DNA of 24,000 bases, taken from Candidatus Heimdallarchaeota archaeon. GTDB taxonomy: Archaea; Asgardarchaeota; Heimdallarchaeia; JABLTI01. The translations under genes were made by a program, and so were the position numbers. Location of the stretch: assembly GCA_019058165.1 (NCBI GenBank), contig JAHLVZ010000001.1:38412-62411 (forward strand), read 5' to 3'. The stretch's first letter is position 1; each line of letters begins with the position of its first letter. Below are positions 23,316 through 24,000 of this stretch, one piece after another. A model generated the notes under the pieces. The model was not told the origin of the DNA and made no database searches. It saw nothing but the letters and a program-made list of their open reading frames with translations.

Positions 23316-24000
23316 ATGCTTGCAAAAGAACATCGACTAACAAAGAAAGTTTACAGAACACTCATAGCTGATCTGCCGAAAAACGAATTAGAAAAAGCAT
23401 TGAAACAAGTACAACAAGTATTAAAACCTACATCCAAAAAACCACTCCAACTGACAACTAAAGTGAAAATTAAACCAATAAAGGAACAAGAAGAAATCCT
23501 TTGGATACTAGCAGAAAACTGCCGTCTTGTTTATAATTTTGCACTAGCTGAAAGAAAGAAATGGTGGGATAGAAGTCAACACTTGCCAAAGAAGAAAAGA
23601 GATAAAGAAAACAAACCAACCTACAACAAGCAATCAAAACAACTACCAAAACTAAAAGAAAAATATCCACGATACCAACAAAATTATTCTAAAACACTGC
23701 AATATGCACTCAGACAGTTAGAAGCTGATTATAGATCGTTTTATGCTCTGAGAAACAACGGTGACAAAGAAGCTCAACCACCAGGATTCAAAGGAAAAAA
23801 GTACTTTACCACCATGCATTACAATCAGAAAGGATTCAAAATCGAAGGCAGATCTATAACCTTTACTCATTTTTATCCTGTAAAAGATGCAGAAAAAGTA
23901 GTTCTTTCTTTTGAGATGCAAGGAAAATTAACTTTTACTGATAAAAAAGTGAAGCAAGTAACCATCTACCAAGTACACAAAACGAAAGAATTTTACTTAT
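23316..24000 (+). CDS. tnpB: TnpB-like RNA-guided endonuclease/IS200-IS605-family OrfB (N-terminal ~228 aa; continues past the right window edge)
   Basis: The frame is open from ATG 23316 (GGAG 4 nt upstream) to the window end, and is absent from the ORF track because it is open-ended. My translation is MLAKEHRLTKKVYRTLIADLPK...LQLTTKVKIKPIKEQEEILWILAENCRLVYNFALAERKKWW...KEKYPRYQQNYSKTLQYALRQLEADYRSFYAL...AQPPGFKGKKYFTTMHYNQKGFKIEG. This is the standard OrfB/TnpB N-terminal layout (kvklyPtkeQe..l......crfvyN.al; lk...p....v.s...q.al..l..a...ff; PkFKkk...sf.y). Confidence 0.85.
   Translation, partial: MLAKEHRLTKKVYRTLIADLPKNELEKALKQVQQVLKPTSKKPLQLTTKVKIKPIKEQEEILWILAENCRLVYNFALAERKKWWDRSQHLPKKKRDKENKPTYNKQSKQLPKLKEKYPRYQQNYSKTLQYALRQLEADYRSFYALRNNGDKEAQPPGFKGKKYFTTMHYNQKGFKIEGRSITFTHFYPVKDAEKVVLSFEMQGKLTFTDKKVKQVTIYQVHKTKEFYL
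23316..24000 (+). mobile_element. IS200/IS605-family (TnpB-only, IS1341-like) element, partial. The left end lies somewhere in 22930-23315 and the right end is outside the window
   Basis: This rests on the TnpB gene alone. No tnpA lies upstream. The element boundaries are not determinable from one copy. Confidence 0.5.

Noticed and set aside
23470-23921. Minus-strand ORFs 23470-23670 and 23718-23921
   Set aside because: These are antisense shadows of the TnpB reading frame, which has strong family-specific motifs.
1-24000. CRISPR arrays, rRNA genes, long tandem repeats, and integrase/recombinase genes other than TnpB
   Set aside because: I scanned by eye for regularly spaced direct repeats and for conserved rRNA stretches and found none. 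The only exact long-range repeat I noticed is the 23-nt tRNA-derived one.

Overview
This is an AT-rich, gene-dense segment with about 25 CDS. I read it as archaeal for four reasons. GGTGA/GGAG Shine-Dalgarno-like sites sit 5-10 nt before many starts. Upstream regions carry TATA-like A/T boxes. Several gene ends have a hairpin plus oligo-T. One tRNA carries an intron that folds into a bulge-helix-bulge motif. The content (RPA32-like OB/winged-helix protein, a Ras-superfamily-like protein, many sequon-rich surface proteins, TnpB) fits an Asgard-like or similar low-GC archaeon, but that lineage guess is inference only. Left to right: hypE (partial), parvulin PPIase, a small ferredoxin, an orphan OppD-type ABC ATPase, a COG2403 P-loop protein, a Ras-like protein with degenerate G-motifs, NnrE epimerase, a tandem Lrp/AsnC regulator co-transcribed with a small secreted protein, a divergent secreted caspase-like protease, a rubredoxin-ThDP enzyme fusion, Ogt, an ATC-hydrolase-like protein, an orphan tRNA 3' fragment, a membrane-anchored Ntn (choloylglycine-hydrolase-type) amidase, an intron-containing tRNA-Arg(GCG), a flavodoxin-ferredoxin fusion, a HAD hydrolase, a four-gene co-oriented surface/thiol-redox block (extended DUF457 membrane hydrolase, TlpA-like thioredoxin with two repeated beta-rich domains, TlpA-CcdA fusion, small anchored protein), OsmC, an uncharacterised protein, an RPA32-like protein, an orphan FeoA, and the 5' part of a TnpB (IS200/IS605-family) gene running off the right edge. 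No CRISPR array, rRNA or recognisable defence operon was seen. The items I consider most worth follow-up are: (1) the extracytoplasmic thiol-redox block at 15.6-20.4 kb; (2) the 23-nt tRNA-derived direct repeats bracketing a single-gene 1.2-kb segment; (3) the Ras-like pseudo-GTPase; (4) the rubredoxin-ThDP enzyme fusion; (5) the secreted caspase-like protease locus. All family assignments come from reading motifs by eye. No database search was run.
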